Source: Candidatus Omnitrophota bacterium (GTDB lineage Bacteria; Omnitrophota; Gorgyraeia; Zapsychrales; Zapsychraceae). Taken from it: a stretch of DNA of 64,000 nt. Numbering within the stretch: the first letter of the stretch is position 1; the number at the start of each line of letters is the position of its first letter. The position numbers were made by a program, and so were the translations under genes. Below are positions 1-9,077 of the stretch, piece by piece. The notes below the pieces were generated by a model. It was given only the letters and a program-made list of their open reading frames with translations, was not told the DNA's origin and did no database searches. The stretch is taken from the NCBI GenBank assembly GCA_020429915.1, contig JAGQKV010000005.1, positions 7,125 through 71,124 on the forward strand. Direction: 5' to 3'.

Positions 1-1318
1 CAAAGAACATCCCCCACACAACGAGGAGCCAACCGATCTCGGCCAACGCCAGGATGCTGGGTGTCTTTTGCTTAAAAGCCCATAACCGCGCTATGGTAAG
101 GTGAATAACCGCGACGACAAAACACACCAGTTGAATATTCTTGGTTTCGTTGAGCCATGGCACAACCGGCTGAATCGAATCCGGCAGCCAGGCTTGTCCG
201 AAATAGGTTCCCGTCAAGACACCGAACACAATACAAAATCCGGTCAGCAAATACATCAAGAAAAACGGTGTTTTGTCCGGAATTTTCTTACCGAATTTGA
301 CCTGAACAAAGGCCGTCAGCAAACCGAAGATCATTCCGTACGCCGCATCGCCGATGAGCATCGCAAAAAACAGAGTGAAAAAGACCAAAAAAACCGGACT
401 GATGTCTACTTCGGAATATCCCGGCAGGATTTCAATTAGGTCAAACGCCGGCTTACTGAGATTGACCCACTCCTTGTTCTTCAATTTGGTCGGGACATCA
501 TCGCCTTCTTCCGGATCTTCGACGAGCACGCCCCACTCCTGTTTCTTGGCGTACGTCTGCAGGTCGAGCAGATGGTCTTCGGGGATAAAGCCTTTCAGGA
601 AACACAGCCGATCGTAATCATACATCCCGGCCTCGGCGGACTTGATGTCCAGCTCGTACTGGGCCGCGTCGCGGATCTTCTTCAACTGCTCAAAATAGGT
701 CGTCTCCTCCCACAGCAATTTGTTGAGCTGCCCGAGTTCGGTTTCTTCTTCGGCCTGCAGCAACTTGAGATTTGAAAGGCTGACAGGCGGCGGATAAACG
801 CGATCATAGGGAAGATTCTCGTCGCCTTCCTTAATACACACATAGCGGGTGAACCCCTTGGCCTTGCCGATCTCCTGCAGGACCGCCCCGGCGGAGACTT
901 CGACATTCTTCACCGACGCCGGGACCTCGTACAGCTGCACAAAGACGCCGCACTTGGCCAGGTCACGGATGTCCTGCGGTTCGAAATCACCCCACGCTTC
1001 CCACGTCTCGATGCGCTTGGTCCGCTTGTCGATAAATTCCTTATGCTGGGTGATCAGCGCCTGCAAATCGAGGATCTCGGTCGCCTTTTCCTTCCAGTCA
1101 CCGCACCTTTCCGCTTGCTTCTTGTCCTTGATCGGCGAGAGAATGGCCAGCACCTGGTCGAGGATCTCCACGGTCTCGCGCGCGCATTCGACCGGCTTGC
1201 CTTCCGGGATCTGGCAGTGCTCGATGTGCACCAGCCCCAAACCGGCCAGGTTCTCCAGCGCCGCGGCCACGTCCTTTTTCTGGACGATCAGGTGGATTTT
1301 TTTCATCGGGACAATCAT
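1..1318 (-). CDS. atpI: V-type ATP synthase subunit I (a subunit), N-terminal ~439 codons; 3' part of gene lies before the window start
   Basis: Reverse-complement translation from the ATG at 1316-1318 gives MIVPMKKIHLIVQKKDVAAALENLAGLGLVHIE..., followed by TM helices (FLVFFTLFFAMLIGDAAYG). This matches the V-type I/a subunit. The frame stays open to position 1. The gene is the last one in the E-DUF2764-A-B-D-I order. Confidence 0.8.
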   Translation of the reverse strand, partial: MIVPMKKIHLIVQKKDVAAALENLAGLGLVHIEHCQIPEGKPVECARETVEILDQVLAILSPIKDKKQAERCGDWKEKATEILDLQALITQHKEFIDKRTKRIETWEAWGDFEPQDIRDLAKCGVFVQLYEVPASVKNVEVSAGAVLQEIGKAKGFTRYVCIKEGDENLPYDRVYPPPVSLSNLKLLQAEEETELGQLNKLLWEETTYFEQLKKIRDAAQYELDIKSAEAGMYDYDRLCFLKGFIPEDHLLDLQTYAKKQEWGVLVEDPEEGDDVPTKLKNKEWVNLSKPAFDLIEILPGYSEVDISPVFLVFFTLFFAMLIGDAAYGMIFGLLTAFVQVKFGKKIPDKTPFFLMYLLTGFCIVFGVLTGTYFGQAWLPDSIQPVVPWLNETKNIQLVCFVVAVIHLTIARLWAFKQKTPSILALAEIGWLLVVWGMFF

Positions 1319-1342
1319 CTTGCGTATCTATCCTCGTATCTT

Positions 1343-1498
1343 TAGTGATTAGTGGTTAGCGATTAACAGCAGAGACTGACTTACCCATTCCACTATCACT
1401 TTTTTGTTATGATACAGCCTTACTACTTAATATCTCTTTCGTCACCCTCGCAGCCCAAACCAGTCTCGGATACTAACCGCTAAGAACTAACCACTAGA
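1343..1498. repeat. 10-bp inverted repeat TAGTGGTTAG ... CTAACCACTA flanking the atpD-atpI intergenic spacer
   Basis: tagtgattagtggttagcg at ~1343-1361 and ctaaccgctaagaactaaccactag at ~1474-1498 are reverse complements of each other over the core TAGTGGTTAG. Confidence 0.4.
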
Positions 1499-2111
1499 TC
1501 TCAGCGAGCGCCAGCTCTTTATCAATCACTTTCTTCTTCGCGACCTTACTGACGCCCACTGCATGGGCCTGTTGGTCACCCAAATAAATCCTGATCTTGC
1601 GGATATTTTCCTGACATTCGGGGATCTTGACCTTTTCAAACAGATTCACACGCTGGGTGGTGGTGCGCAGCTCGTGTTCGAGGATGGCAATTTGCTTCTT
1701 CACTACCTCCACTTCGGCAATCATCTTCACGGTCAACCGCAATTCCTCAAGGGACTTGTCGACCCACAGCGGGGTTTCATAAAAATCGTATTCGGCCGTC
1801 TCGTAGCTGATATCCTCGAACACCGGCACCGTGGCCCCGGCGACATTGGTCGTGCTGCACTTAATGTCCTTGGGATTGATCCACGGTTTCAGATCGATTT
1901 CGGCATCGCCCAGCAACCCCGCCCACTTTTTGACCGCACCGTCTTTTTCGTAAAGCGCGGAAAGCCGATGCTCCAAATGTTTGCGCACCTCCATCGTACG
2001 CATCTGTAGCTGCTGCTTCTTCAGCTGCAGCGTCGGCAAATAGCGCTTGAACTGCTTGAGACTGTCTCGTTGGCGCTTGAGTTCACCTTTTGTCAGTTTG
2101 ATTTTCGCCAT
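1494..2111 (-). CDS. atpD: V-type ATP synthase subunit D
   Basis: 205 aa, MAKIKLTKGELKRQRDSLKQFKRYLPTLQLKKQQLQ..., the coiled-coil D-subunit signature. It lies directly downstream of subunit B. Confidence 0.85.
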   Translation of the reverse strand: MAKIKLTKGELKRQRDSLKQFKRYLPTLQLKKQQLQMRTMEVRKHLEHRLSALYEKDGAVKKWAGLLGDAEIDLKPWINPKDIKCSTTNVAGATVPVFEDISYETAEYDFYETPLWVDKSLEELRLTVKMIAEVEVVKKQIAILEHELRTTTQRVNLFEKVKIPECQENIRKIRIYLGDQQAHAVGVSKVAKKKVIDKELALAEI

Positions 2112-2140
2112 ATCTGATACGTGTAGTTATCACCTATTAA

Positions 2141-2285
2141 TCTCGAATATCGAAATCCGAATCTTCGAAGGAAGTTCGAATGACCGAATTACCTAATGCT
2201 CGAATCTCCGGAACGGTTGATTGTTCTGACAATTTGAAGATTAGGTGATTCGATATTCCTTCGAAATTCGATATTCGGATTTCAA
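2141..2285. repeat. Intercistronic palindromic element, copy 1, built from CGAATATCGAA / GAAATCCGAAT / TTCGAAGGAA submotifs
   Basis: The left arm (tctcgaatatcgaaatccgaatcttcgaaggaa) and the right arm (ttccttcgaaattcgatattcggatttc) are imperfect reverse complements about 80 nt apart. Related copies occur at 3633-3772, 8862-9065 and 14455-14512. Confidence 0.6.
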
Positions 2286-2296
2286 AAATCTTCCAG

Positions 2297-3604
2297 CTAC
2301 TTTCTTGCGGCCGCCTTCGGCCAAAACTGATCGATCAGTTTTTGATTCATCCCCGTTTCCGCCGGTTCAAAGCACTCGGCGAGGATGCGCCATCCGAGGT
2401 CGAGGGCGTCTTCCAACGGGATGTTGACGGAGAGGTCCATCAATTCCTTCTCGAACTTCACCCCGTAATTCAATAGTTTCTCATCCCATGAACTCAACTG
2501 GAAACCCATCGATCTCTTCTCCAATACCTCGCGGTAATCCGCGAAGAGCTGGATCATACGGTCCATGATCGCGCGGTGATCGGCACGGGTGTCCTTGTTG
2601 ACCTGCTGTTTCAGACGGCTCAACGAACCGAACGGCTCGATGCGCCCGCCGCGCAGATAAAATTGTCCCTCGGTGATGTAACCGGTGTTATCCGGGATCG
2701 GATGCGTGACGTCATCCCCGGGCATGGTGGTGACCCCGAGGATGGTGATCGAACCGGCGCCGGAGAAGTCGACGGCCTTTTCATAACGCGCGGCGAGCTG
2801 GCTGTAAAGATCGCCCGGATATCCGCGGTTGGACGGGATCTGTTCCATGGTGATCGCGACTTCCTTAAGAGCGTCGGAAAAGTTGGTCATGTCGGTCAAC
2901 AGCGTCAGCACGTTCTTGCCTTCCTGCGCGAATTGCTCGGCCACCGCCAGGCACATGTCCGGGACCAGCAGACATTCCACGGTGGGGTCGGACGCTGTGT
3001 GGATAAACATCACCGAACGCGACAGCGAACCCTGCGCCTCCAGCGTTTCCTTAAACGTCAGGTAATCGTCATATTTCAGACCCATCCCGCCGAGAATGAT
3101 GACATCGACCTCGGCCTGCATCGCGATCCGGGCAAGCAATTCATTGTACGGCTCCCCGGCGATGGAAAAGATCGGCAGTTTCTGCGAAACGACCAGCGTG
3201 TTGAAGACGTCGATCATCGGGATCCCCGTCCGAATCATGTTTTTGGGAACAACGCGTTTGGCCGGATTTACCGACGGCCCGCCGATCTCGATCATATTAT
3301 CGGTCAGTTCGGGCCCCTTGTCGCGGGGGATACCGGCACCGTTGAAGATACGGCCGAGCAGGTCTTCCGAATAGGCGACCTGAATTCCTTTCTTCAAAAA
3401 CCGGACCTTATCGTTGGTCGAGATCCCGCGGCTTCCGGCGAGGACCTGCAGGGAAACCTTGTTGCGGTCCAACCGGATGACCTGGGCCAGCGATGCGCCC
3501 AGCGACGTCTTGATCTCGGCCAGCTCCTTGTAAGCGATATCCTCCGCCTCGACCGTAATTACGTCGCCGACGATTTGCGTGATTTGGCTGTAGACTTTCT
3601 GCAT
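2297..3604 (-). CDS. atpB: V-type ATP synthase subunit B
   Basis: 435 aa, ...[55 protein letters not shown]..., the typical non-catalytic B-subunit nucleotide-binding region. Confidence 0.9.
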   Translation of the reverse strand: MQKVYSQITQIVGDVITVEAEDIAYKELAEIKTSLGASLAQVIRLDRNKVSLQVLAGSRGISTNDKVRFLKKGIQVAYSEDLLGRIFNGAGIPRDKGPELTDNMIEIGGPSVNPAKRVVPKNMIRTGIPMIDVFNTLVVSQKLPIFSIAGEPYNELLARIAMQAEVDVIILGGMGLKYDDYLTFKETLEAQGSLSRSVMFIHTASDPTVECLLVPDMCLAVAEQFAQEGKNVLTLLTDMTNFSDALKEVAITMEQIPSNRGYPGDLYSQLAARYEKAVDFSGAGSITILGVTTMPGDDVTHPIPDNTGYITEGQFYLRGGRIEPFGSLSRLKQQVNKDTRADHRAIMDRMIQLFADYREVLEKRSMGFQLSSWDEKLLNYGVKFEKELMDLSVNIPLEDALDLGWRILAECFEPAETGMNQKLIDQFWPKAAARK

Positions 3605-3632
3605 GACTTGCTCTCCAAGTTATCTCTTATCG

Positions 3633-3772
3633 GAATTTCGAATATCGAATATCGAATATCGAAGGAATATCGAATTCTCGAATCATCAAATCACCGAAAT
3701 TAACGCTTTCGAAGATTCGGGCATTAGACGATTCGATATTCCTTCGAACATTCGAAGATTCGGATTTCGATA
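3633..3772. repeat. Intercistronic palindromic element, copy 2 (three tandem cgaatatcgaa units, then inverted arms)
   Basis: aatttcgaatatcgaatatcgaatatcgaaggaatatcgaattctcgaa ... gattcgatattccttcgaacattcgaagattcggatttcgatatt, lying between the atpA stop and the atpB start. Confidence 0.6.
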
Positions 3773-3773
3773 T

Positions 3774-5552
3774 TTATACAACCGCTGCTTCCTGAGGTTT
3801 TCCCTCCGCTATCTTGTCCTTCAACTTCTTCTCCGTCGCCTTGAACTCATCGCTTTTAAACTCCTGAGAATTCCAGGTCTTGAAGATCTGGATCAGGTCC
3901 TGAAAGTAGCGGCGCGCCTTCTCTTTATTTTGGTACTTGAATTCCTGGTCCAGGATTTCGATGACCACGTCGAAGACATAGATCTGGCGGTCCCGGGCGG
4001 TGGCCTCATCGTTGGGATCGAAGGCGTTCTGCTGCAAATAAACCGCGTCGAAAAACTCGCCCTTCAGATAATCGATAAACTCATCGTTGGACGTCCCTTC
4101 CTCCCCGACGACCTTCATCATCTGGCCGACGCTGTTGCTCTTGCGCAGCATCGCCCGGCTCTTCTCGGCCTTTTCGGAATCAACGAAACTCGGGTACTTG
4201 CTCCAGCTGTCCAGGGGATCGATCGTGGGATAACGGCGCGCGTTGGCGCGGGCCTGGGACAGACCGAGAAAACCGCCGACCACCTTCAACGTCGCCTGCG
4301 TCACCGGCTCTTCGAAGTTTCCGCCGGCCGGCGATACCGCCCCGCCGATGGTGATCGAACCGGTGGTCCCGTCACGGAAGCGGACCAATCCGGCGCGTTC
4401 GTAAAACGCCGCGATCCGCGACTCGAGATAGGCCGGGAAGGCTTCTTCTCCGGGGATTTCTTCCAGACGTCCGGACATCTCGCGCATCGCCTGCGCCCAG
4501 CGCGAGGTGGAATCGGCCAACAGCAGGACATTGAGTCCCATCTGACGGTAATATTCGGCAATGGTCACTCCGGTGTACACGGAAGATTCACGCGCGGCGA
4601 CCGGCATCGAACTGGTGTTGCAGATAATGATAGTGCGTTCCATCAATGTCTTGCCCGTACGCGGATCGGTCAGTTCGGGAAACTCCTCGAGGATCTCGAC
4701 GACCTCACCGGCGCGCTCCCCGCAGGCCGCGACGATCACGATGTCGACTTCGGCGTGGCGGCTGAGCAAATGCTGCAAAACCGTCTTGCCCGCGCCGAAC
4801 GGCCCCGGAGTACAGAAGGTCCCGCCCACCGCGACCGGACAAATCGTGTCGATCAATCGGATCTTGGTGACGAGCGGTTCGACGGGTTTCAGTTTGTCGG
4901 CGTAAACCTTGATCGGCACCTTGACCGGCCAAGTCTGCACCATCTTCACATCATGTTTGCGTCCCTGTTCATCTTTCAGCGTGGCCACGGTCGAGTCGAT
5001 CTTGTGCTTGCCGGCGTCAACGACCTTGATCACTTCAAAATCTCCCTGCCAGTCAAAGGGGACCATGATCTTGTGCTCAAACATATTCTCGGGAACCGTG
5101 CCGATGGTGTCGCCGGCGCGCACCACATGACCGTCTTTGACCTTCGGCGAGAAATCCCACAGATGATCGCCGTCCAGGGCGCGCAAATACTCGCCGCGTT
5201 TCAGGAAGAAGCCGTGTTTCTCCGCGAGCTGCGGCAACGGATTTTGCAGCCCGTCGAAAATCTTGCCGAGCAGACCCGGTCCGAGTTCCACGCTCAGGAG
5301 TTCGTCGGTGAATTCGACTTCGTTGTTCACCTTGATGCCGGCGGTGTCTTCGAACACCTGCAGGTCGGCGGAAGTTCCTTTGACCCGGATCACCTCGGCC
5401 TTCAGCGCTTCTTTGCCGACCCTGACGTATGCCACCTCGTTCTGCTTCACCTTGTCGGTGAACTCAACAGAGACCATGTTCCCGTTGACCCCGACGACTT
5501 TACCCGTACGTTTGCTCTTTGTACTCACTGTCTTCTCCTTATAAGTTGGCAA
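3774..5552 (-). CDS. atpA: V-type ATP synthase catalytic subunit A
   Basis: 592 aa with the Walker A motif GPFGAGKTV and a non-homologous insert region, giving V/A-type A-subunit architecture. Confidence 0.9.
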   Translation of the reverse strand: MPTYKEKTVSTKSKRTGKVVGVNGNMVSVEFTDKVKQNEVAYVRVGKEALKAEVIRVKGTSADLQVFEDTAGIKVNNEVEFTDELLSVELGPGLLGKIFDGLQNPLPQLAEKHGFFLKRGEYLRALDGDHLWDFSPKVKDGHVVRAGDTIGTVPENMFEHKIMVPFDWQGDFEVIKVVDAGKHKIDSTVATLKDEQGRKHDVKMVQTWPVKVPIKVYADKLKPVEPLVTKIRLIDTICPVAVGGTFCTPGPFGAGKTVLQHLLSRHAEVDIVIVAACGERAGEVVEILEEFPELTDPRTGKTLMERTIIICNTSSMPVAARESSVYTGVTIAEYYRQMGLNVLLLADSTSRWAQAMREMSGRLEEIPGEEAFPAYLESRIAAFYERAGLVRFRDGTTGSITIGGAVSPAGGNFEEPVTQATLKVVGGFLGLSQARANARRYPTIDPLDSWSKYPSFVDSEKAEKSRAMLRKSNSVGQMMKVVGEEGTSNDEFIDYLKGEFFDAVYLQQNAFDPNDEATARDRQIYVFDVVIEILDQEFKYQNKEKARRYFQDLIQIFKTWNSQEFKSDEFKATEKKLKDKIAEGKPQEAAVV

Positions 5553-6084
5553 ACATCCCTTCGGGGAAGTCGACCTTTTTCAGCTCTTCGTACTTTTCCC
5601 TTCCCTGAGGGGACGCGATATTGTGGTACCGTTCGACAATCTTCAGTTTGAGTCCGTACAACATAATAAAGGCCGGGGTGTAAAACTCCCCGACCATCAG
5701 ATTTTCGTAGAAATTCCAACGCGCCCGGCTGAGCACCTTGTCCCCTTCCAACGGATCCGCGGCATTGGCCGCGTCCTTGACCAACTGCTGCAACTCGGGA
5801 TTGGCACCGTACGCGCCGCGGGTGACGGTCTGTGGATCGCGATTGAGTTTAAGCGCGCGATACACGGCGACATGGTTATTCAAACTTTGTTCAAATTCAA
5901 AAACCTGCTTGAGGACCGGGCTGGCGGTCGCGATGTGCTCTGCGCCGAGCAGCGCGACGAGCAGGCGGGCGTCGCCGCGCGTCATCTGCCGCCGGGCGTC
6001 GTCGAGAAATTCGGCAACCGTAAAGGGCAATTTGCCTGAGAAGGTGAGGACGGGTAAACTTGCTCCGAAGTAATAGTAGGTCAT
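5539..6084 (-). CDS. DUF2764-like protein of Bacteroidetes-type V-ATPase operons
   Basis: 181 aa, located between subunit E and subunit A, exactly where the DUF2764 gene sits in Bacteroidetes and Chlorobi V-ATPase operons. It overlaps the atpA start by 14 nt. The assignment rests on position and size rather than a diagnostic motif. Confidence 0.55.
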   Translation of the reverse strand: MTYYYFGASLPVLTFSGKLPFTVAEFLDDARRQMTRGDARLLVALLGAEHIATASPVLKQVFEFEQSLNNHVAVYRALKLNRDPQTVTRGAYGANPELQQLVKDAANAADPLEGDKVLSRARWNFYENLMVGEFYTPAFIMLYGLKLKIVERYHNIASPQGREKYEELKKVDFPEGMFANL

Positions 6085-6112
6085 GGTTTCGTTGGCTACA
6101 GAACCGCGCGCC

Positions 6113-6724
6113 CTAGTGGACCGCGCTCTTGAGAATATCCGCCACCTGGGCGTTCAGGTATGTGGCCAGGAATTGCCCCAGGCTCTCGTCACTGAAATCA
6201 AAACTGGATTTACCGCCGTCGTAACTGATGGTGAACCCGCCGGCGACTTCATCGGAACCTTCCAGGGCCACGCCTTTTTTCACGGTATCCTGCAGTTTCT
6301 TCAGGATCCCGGCCTTTAACTCCTCCGCGGCCCGCGGATTGACTTCGATCACCACGCCGTGGTCCCTGGACTCTTCCACGGTCTTGGCCACCACGTCGGT
6401 AATGATCTCCGCCAGCCGGTCGCCGGTCAGCGCTCCGGAGACTTCCGTCGTAATCAGTTTTTGCAGCGTTTTTTCGATATGCTTGCGCAATGCCAGCAGC
6501 ATGTCGCGGGACGCCTGCTGCAGCGCCGTCCTGGCCGCTACTTCCATCTTCTTCACTTCATCCTTGGCTTGCAGCACAATCGTCTCGGCTTCCTGCTCGG
6601 CCTCGCGGATAATCTGAGCGGCCTTCTCCTGGGCCTCTTTTTCGATCCGGCCGGCCTCGTCCTGCGCCTGCTGAATACCGTCATTTTTGATTTTATCGAT
6701 AAGTTCCTGGATTTGTGAAGACAT
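6113..6724 (-). CDS. atpE: V-type ATP synthase subunit E
   Basis: 203 aa, a highly charged coiled-coil N-terminus (MSSQIQELIDKIKNDGIQQAQDEAGRIEKEAQEKAAQIIREAEQEAE...) with a globular C-terminus. It is the first gene of the operon. Confidence 0.8.
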   Translation of the reverse strand: MSSQIQELIDKIKNDGIQQAQDEAGRIEKEAQEKAAQIIREAEQEAETIVLQAKDEVKKMEVAARTALQQASRDMLLALRKHIEKTLQKLITTEVSGALTGDRLAEIITDVVAKTVEESRDHGVVIEVNPRAAEELKAGILKKLQDTVKKGVALEGSDEVAGGFTISYDGGKSSFDFSDESLGQFLATYLNAQVADILKSAVH

Positions 6725-6764
6725 CGTCGGCTCCCGAAATCATTTAATTGTTAATTCTTTAACG

Positions 6765-6792
6765 ATTATATGTAAAAGATTAATGTTCTTAA
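6765..6792 (-). promoter_or_regulatory. sigma70-like promoter of the V-ATPase operon
   Basis: On the minus strand, -35 TTAAGA (rc of 6787-6792), a 16-nt spacer and -10 TATAAT (rc of 6765-6770). A GGGAG RBS lies 8 nt upstream of the atpE ATG. The 75-bp spacer after pyrF is AT-rich. Confidence 0.45.
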
Positions 6793-6799
6793 TATACAC

Positions 6800-7555
6800 C
6801 TACGCGGTCGAAATGACCATTTGTTTTAAGATGTCTCTGGCGGCCTGCGCCGGATCCGCGGCTTTAACAATCGGCCGGCCTACGACCAGGAAATCACTTC
6901 CCGCGGCCGTAGCGTCGGCCGGCGTCGCCACCCTTTTTTGATCGTCGGTGGCGGCCCCAGCCGGACGGATCCCCGGGGTCACAATAACAAAATCTTCCCC
7001 GCACGCCTCACGGATCATGGCGGCTTCCTGAACGGAGGCAACCACCCCGTCCAATCCGGATTCCTGCGCCAAACGGGCTCTTTCCAATACGAGGTCACGT
7101 ATGTTATCCGTTTTGCTATCACTTGTCAAGACCGTAATCCCCACCAGCAAAGTCTTTGTAACCCCATTGATTTGAGCCTGTTTGGCCGCTGCTTCCGCCG
7201 CCCGGGCAAGCATCTCCGGCCCGCCCTGGGTGTGCAGGGTACACAATAACAGGTGATCGGTGACCGGCACGGGATTCTGCCGCTCATCCACCGCTTCGTG
7301 TACCGGCCGGGCCAGGTCCACAGCGGCGGTGACGGCATTGGCCACGGTGTTGGGGATATCGTGAAACTTCAGATCCAAAAAGACCTGCTTGCCCTTGGCC
7401 AGCACGTAGCGGACGATCATCGGGCCGCAGGCGGTAAACAACTGCGATCCGACCTTGTAAATGCCGACCGTGTCTTGCAGCCGGTCGATCAGCTGGCTGG
7501 CCTCCTCAAAGGTCTCCACATCCAGCGCGACAATCAGTTTGGCTTCCCTGCCCAT
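6800..7555 (-). CDS. pyrF: Orotidine 5'-phosphate decarboxylase
   Basis: 251 aa; LDLKFHDIPNT and the conserved Lys/Asp active-site context. Confidence 0.9.
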   Translation of the reverse strand: MGREAKLIVALDVETFEEASQLIDRLQDTVGIYKVGSQLFTACGPMIVRYVLAKGKQVFLDLKFHDIPNTVANAVTAAVDLARPVHEAVDERQNPVPVTDHLLLCTLHTQGGPEMLARAAEAAAKQAQINGVTKTLLVGITVLTSDSKTDNIRDLVLERARLAQESGLDGVVASVQEAAMIREACGEDFVIVTPGIRPAGAATDDQKRVATPADATAAGSDFLVVGRPIVKAADPAQAARDILKQMVISTA

Positions 7556-7556
7556 G

Positions 7557-8474
7557 TTATTTTCTTTTAACCTTTCCTCTTAATTTGCGGATGTCGTTGA
7601 TGTCGTGCCGCCGCATGTAATCGACGATCCCGTTGAGCACGTCCAGCGGCGCGCGCGGATTGACGAAATTCATAGTGCCCACGGCGACCATGGTTGCGCC
7701 GGCCAAAATAAACTGCAAGGCGTCAGAGGCATCGGCAATGCCGCCCATGGCGATAATCGGGATCTTCACCTTCTGCGCCGTCTGATACACCATATTCACG
7801 GCCACCGGCCGGATCGCCGGGCCGCTTAAACCCCCGGTAAAATTACCCAACACCGAACGCTGCTTTTCGACATCTATCACCATCCCGGTCAGCGTGTTGA
7901 TCAGGCTCAACCCGTCGGCACCGGCGTCTTCGGCCGCCTGAGCGATCACGGTGATGTCGGTGACGTTCGGCGCGAGCTTGGCGATGACCGGGACCGCGGC
8001 GATCTTCTTGACCTTTTTGATGATCCGCGCCGTGGCCTTGGGGTCCTGCGCCACCAGGGTCTTGTGGCCGAGGTTCGGGCACGACAGGTTCAACTCGAGC
8101 GCGACAAAACCGCCGGCCGCGGTGAACTTTTCGGCGAGGATTTCGAATTCTTTATCGGTGTGACCGAGCACGCTGATGATCAGCGGCACGCCGACCTTTT
8201 GAAAACCGGGCAGCTTGTCGGCGATAAAACCGTCGGCACCGGGATTCTCGATGCCGATCGCGTTGAGCATGCCCGACGGCGTCTCCACGATACGCACGGG
8301 CGGATTGCCTTCCTGCGCGGGCAGCGTGACCGTCTTCGGCACGATTGCGCCGAGCTTCTTGACCTCCTCAAGGTCGTAATACTTTTCCGCGTGACCGAAT
8401 GTCCCGGAGGCCACCGTCACCGGATTGGCGAAGGCGGCCTTGCCGATTTTGACTTTTAATTTGAGATCGTCCAT
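7557..8474 (-). CDS. pyrD: Dihydroorotate dehydrogenase catalytic subunit (class 1B)
   Basis: Homology begins at the internal Met MDDLKLKVKIGKAAFANPV.... The motifs are those of PyrD 1B (GTF, ELNLSCPN, IIAMGGI). The ORF continues upstream to 8657, but that extension overlaps tauE and looks non-coding. Confidence 0.85.
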   Translation of the reverse strand: MDDLKLKVKIGKAAFANPVTVASGTFGHAEKYYDLEEVKKLGAIVPKTVTLPAQEGNPPVRIVETPSGMLNAIGIENPGADGFIADKLPGFQKVGVPLIISVLGHTDKEFEILAEKFTAAGGFVALELNLSCPNLGHKTLVAQDPKATARIIKKVKKIAAVPVIAKLAPNVTDITVIAQAAEDAGADGLSLINTLTGMVIDVEKQRSVLGNFTGGLSGPAIRPVAVNMVYQTAQKVKIPIIAMGGIADASDALQFILAGATMVAVGTMNFVNPRAPLDVLNGIVDYMRRHDINDIRKLRGKVKRK

Positions 8475-8476
8475 AG

Positions 8477-8836
8477 TTATTTCAAAAGCACCATTTTCAG
8501 TCCGATGAGGACCAGCGCCACACCGAATATCCGTTTGAGGACCGCCGCCGGCAGATACTGAACCAGGTGCGCGCCCGCGAATGATCCGATCACGAACCCG
8601 ATGATCATCAGTCCCGTGATATTCAACTGCAGATTGCCCGCCGCGTAGTAGCGCCACGCCGCGGCGAGAAAGACCGGGACCGTCAACAATCCGATCACCG
8701 TGCCCTGCGCCTGATGTTGAGTTAAGCCCCCCGCCATCACCAGCAGCGGAACCATGACGGCGCCGCCTCCGAGGCCGAGCGCACCGCCTACGAATCCGCC
8801 CGCGAGGCCGATCAGCATGTATGTGATTATTGGCAT
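8477..8836 (-). CDS. TauE/SafE (DUF81) family half-size membrane protein
   Basis: 119 aa with four predicted TM helices and Gly-rich helices (GLAGGFVGGALGLGGGAVMVPLL), typical of sulfite-exporter TauE-family half units. Confidence 0.65.
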   Translation of the reverse strand: MPIITYMLIGLAGGFVGGALGLGGGAVMVPLLVMAGGLTQHQAQGTVIGLLTVPVFLAAAWRYYAAGNLQLNITGLMIIGFVIGSFAGAHLVQYLPAAVLKRIFGVALVLIGLKMVLLK

Positions 8837-8861
8837 AAATCTCTCCGTGTTGATGCGCTTA

Positions 8862-9065
8862 TAAATATCGAAATCCGAATATCGAATTTTCGAAGCGGTT
8901 CGACTTCGCTCACCGTCCCAAGCGGAGTCGAGGGAGCATATCGAATCACCTAAATTCGAAGGACCGAAACAATTCCGAATTTCAAATTCATAAAATTCCT
9001 ATAACCAGTGTTTCGAACATTCGGTGATTTGAGAATTCGATATTCCTTCGATATTCGAAAATAAT
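8862..9065. repeat. Intercistronic palindromic element, copy 3 (largest copy)
   Basis: aaatatcgaaatccgaatatcgaattttcgaag ... gagaattcgatattccttcgatattcgaaaat. Each arm carries two GAATATCGAA units, and the arms are reverse complements of each other. Confidence 0.6.
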
Positions 9066-9077
9066 ACCCACCCTTGC

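Noticed and set aside
101-1352. Plus-strand ORFs 101-439, 354-617, 572-775, 849-1352 and 1043-1345.
   Set aside because: They are antisense to the V-ATPase I subunit. The track did not list that minus-strand ORF because it runs off the window start.
2576-5651. Plus-strand ORFs 2576-3703 (375 aa) and 3603-5651 (682 aa).
   Set aside because: They are antisense to atpB and atpA, which have unambiguous Walker-motif homology. The products are Arg/Gly/Asp-rich with no recognisable domains.
7557-8657. Upstream in-frame extensions of pyrD (to 8657), pyrK (to 9941), mutM (to 10723), purF (to 33191), carA (to 37734), rpe (to 29965) and uppP (from 22491).
   Set aside because: Homology to the respective families begins at internal Met codons, several of which have an RBS. 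The extensions overlap upstream genes or intergenic repeat elements and carry no conserved sequence.
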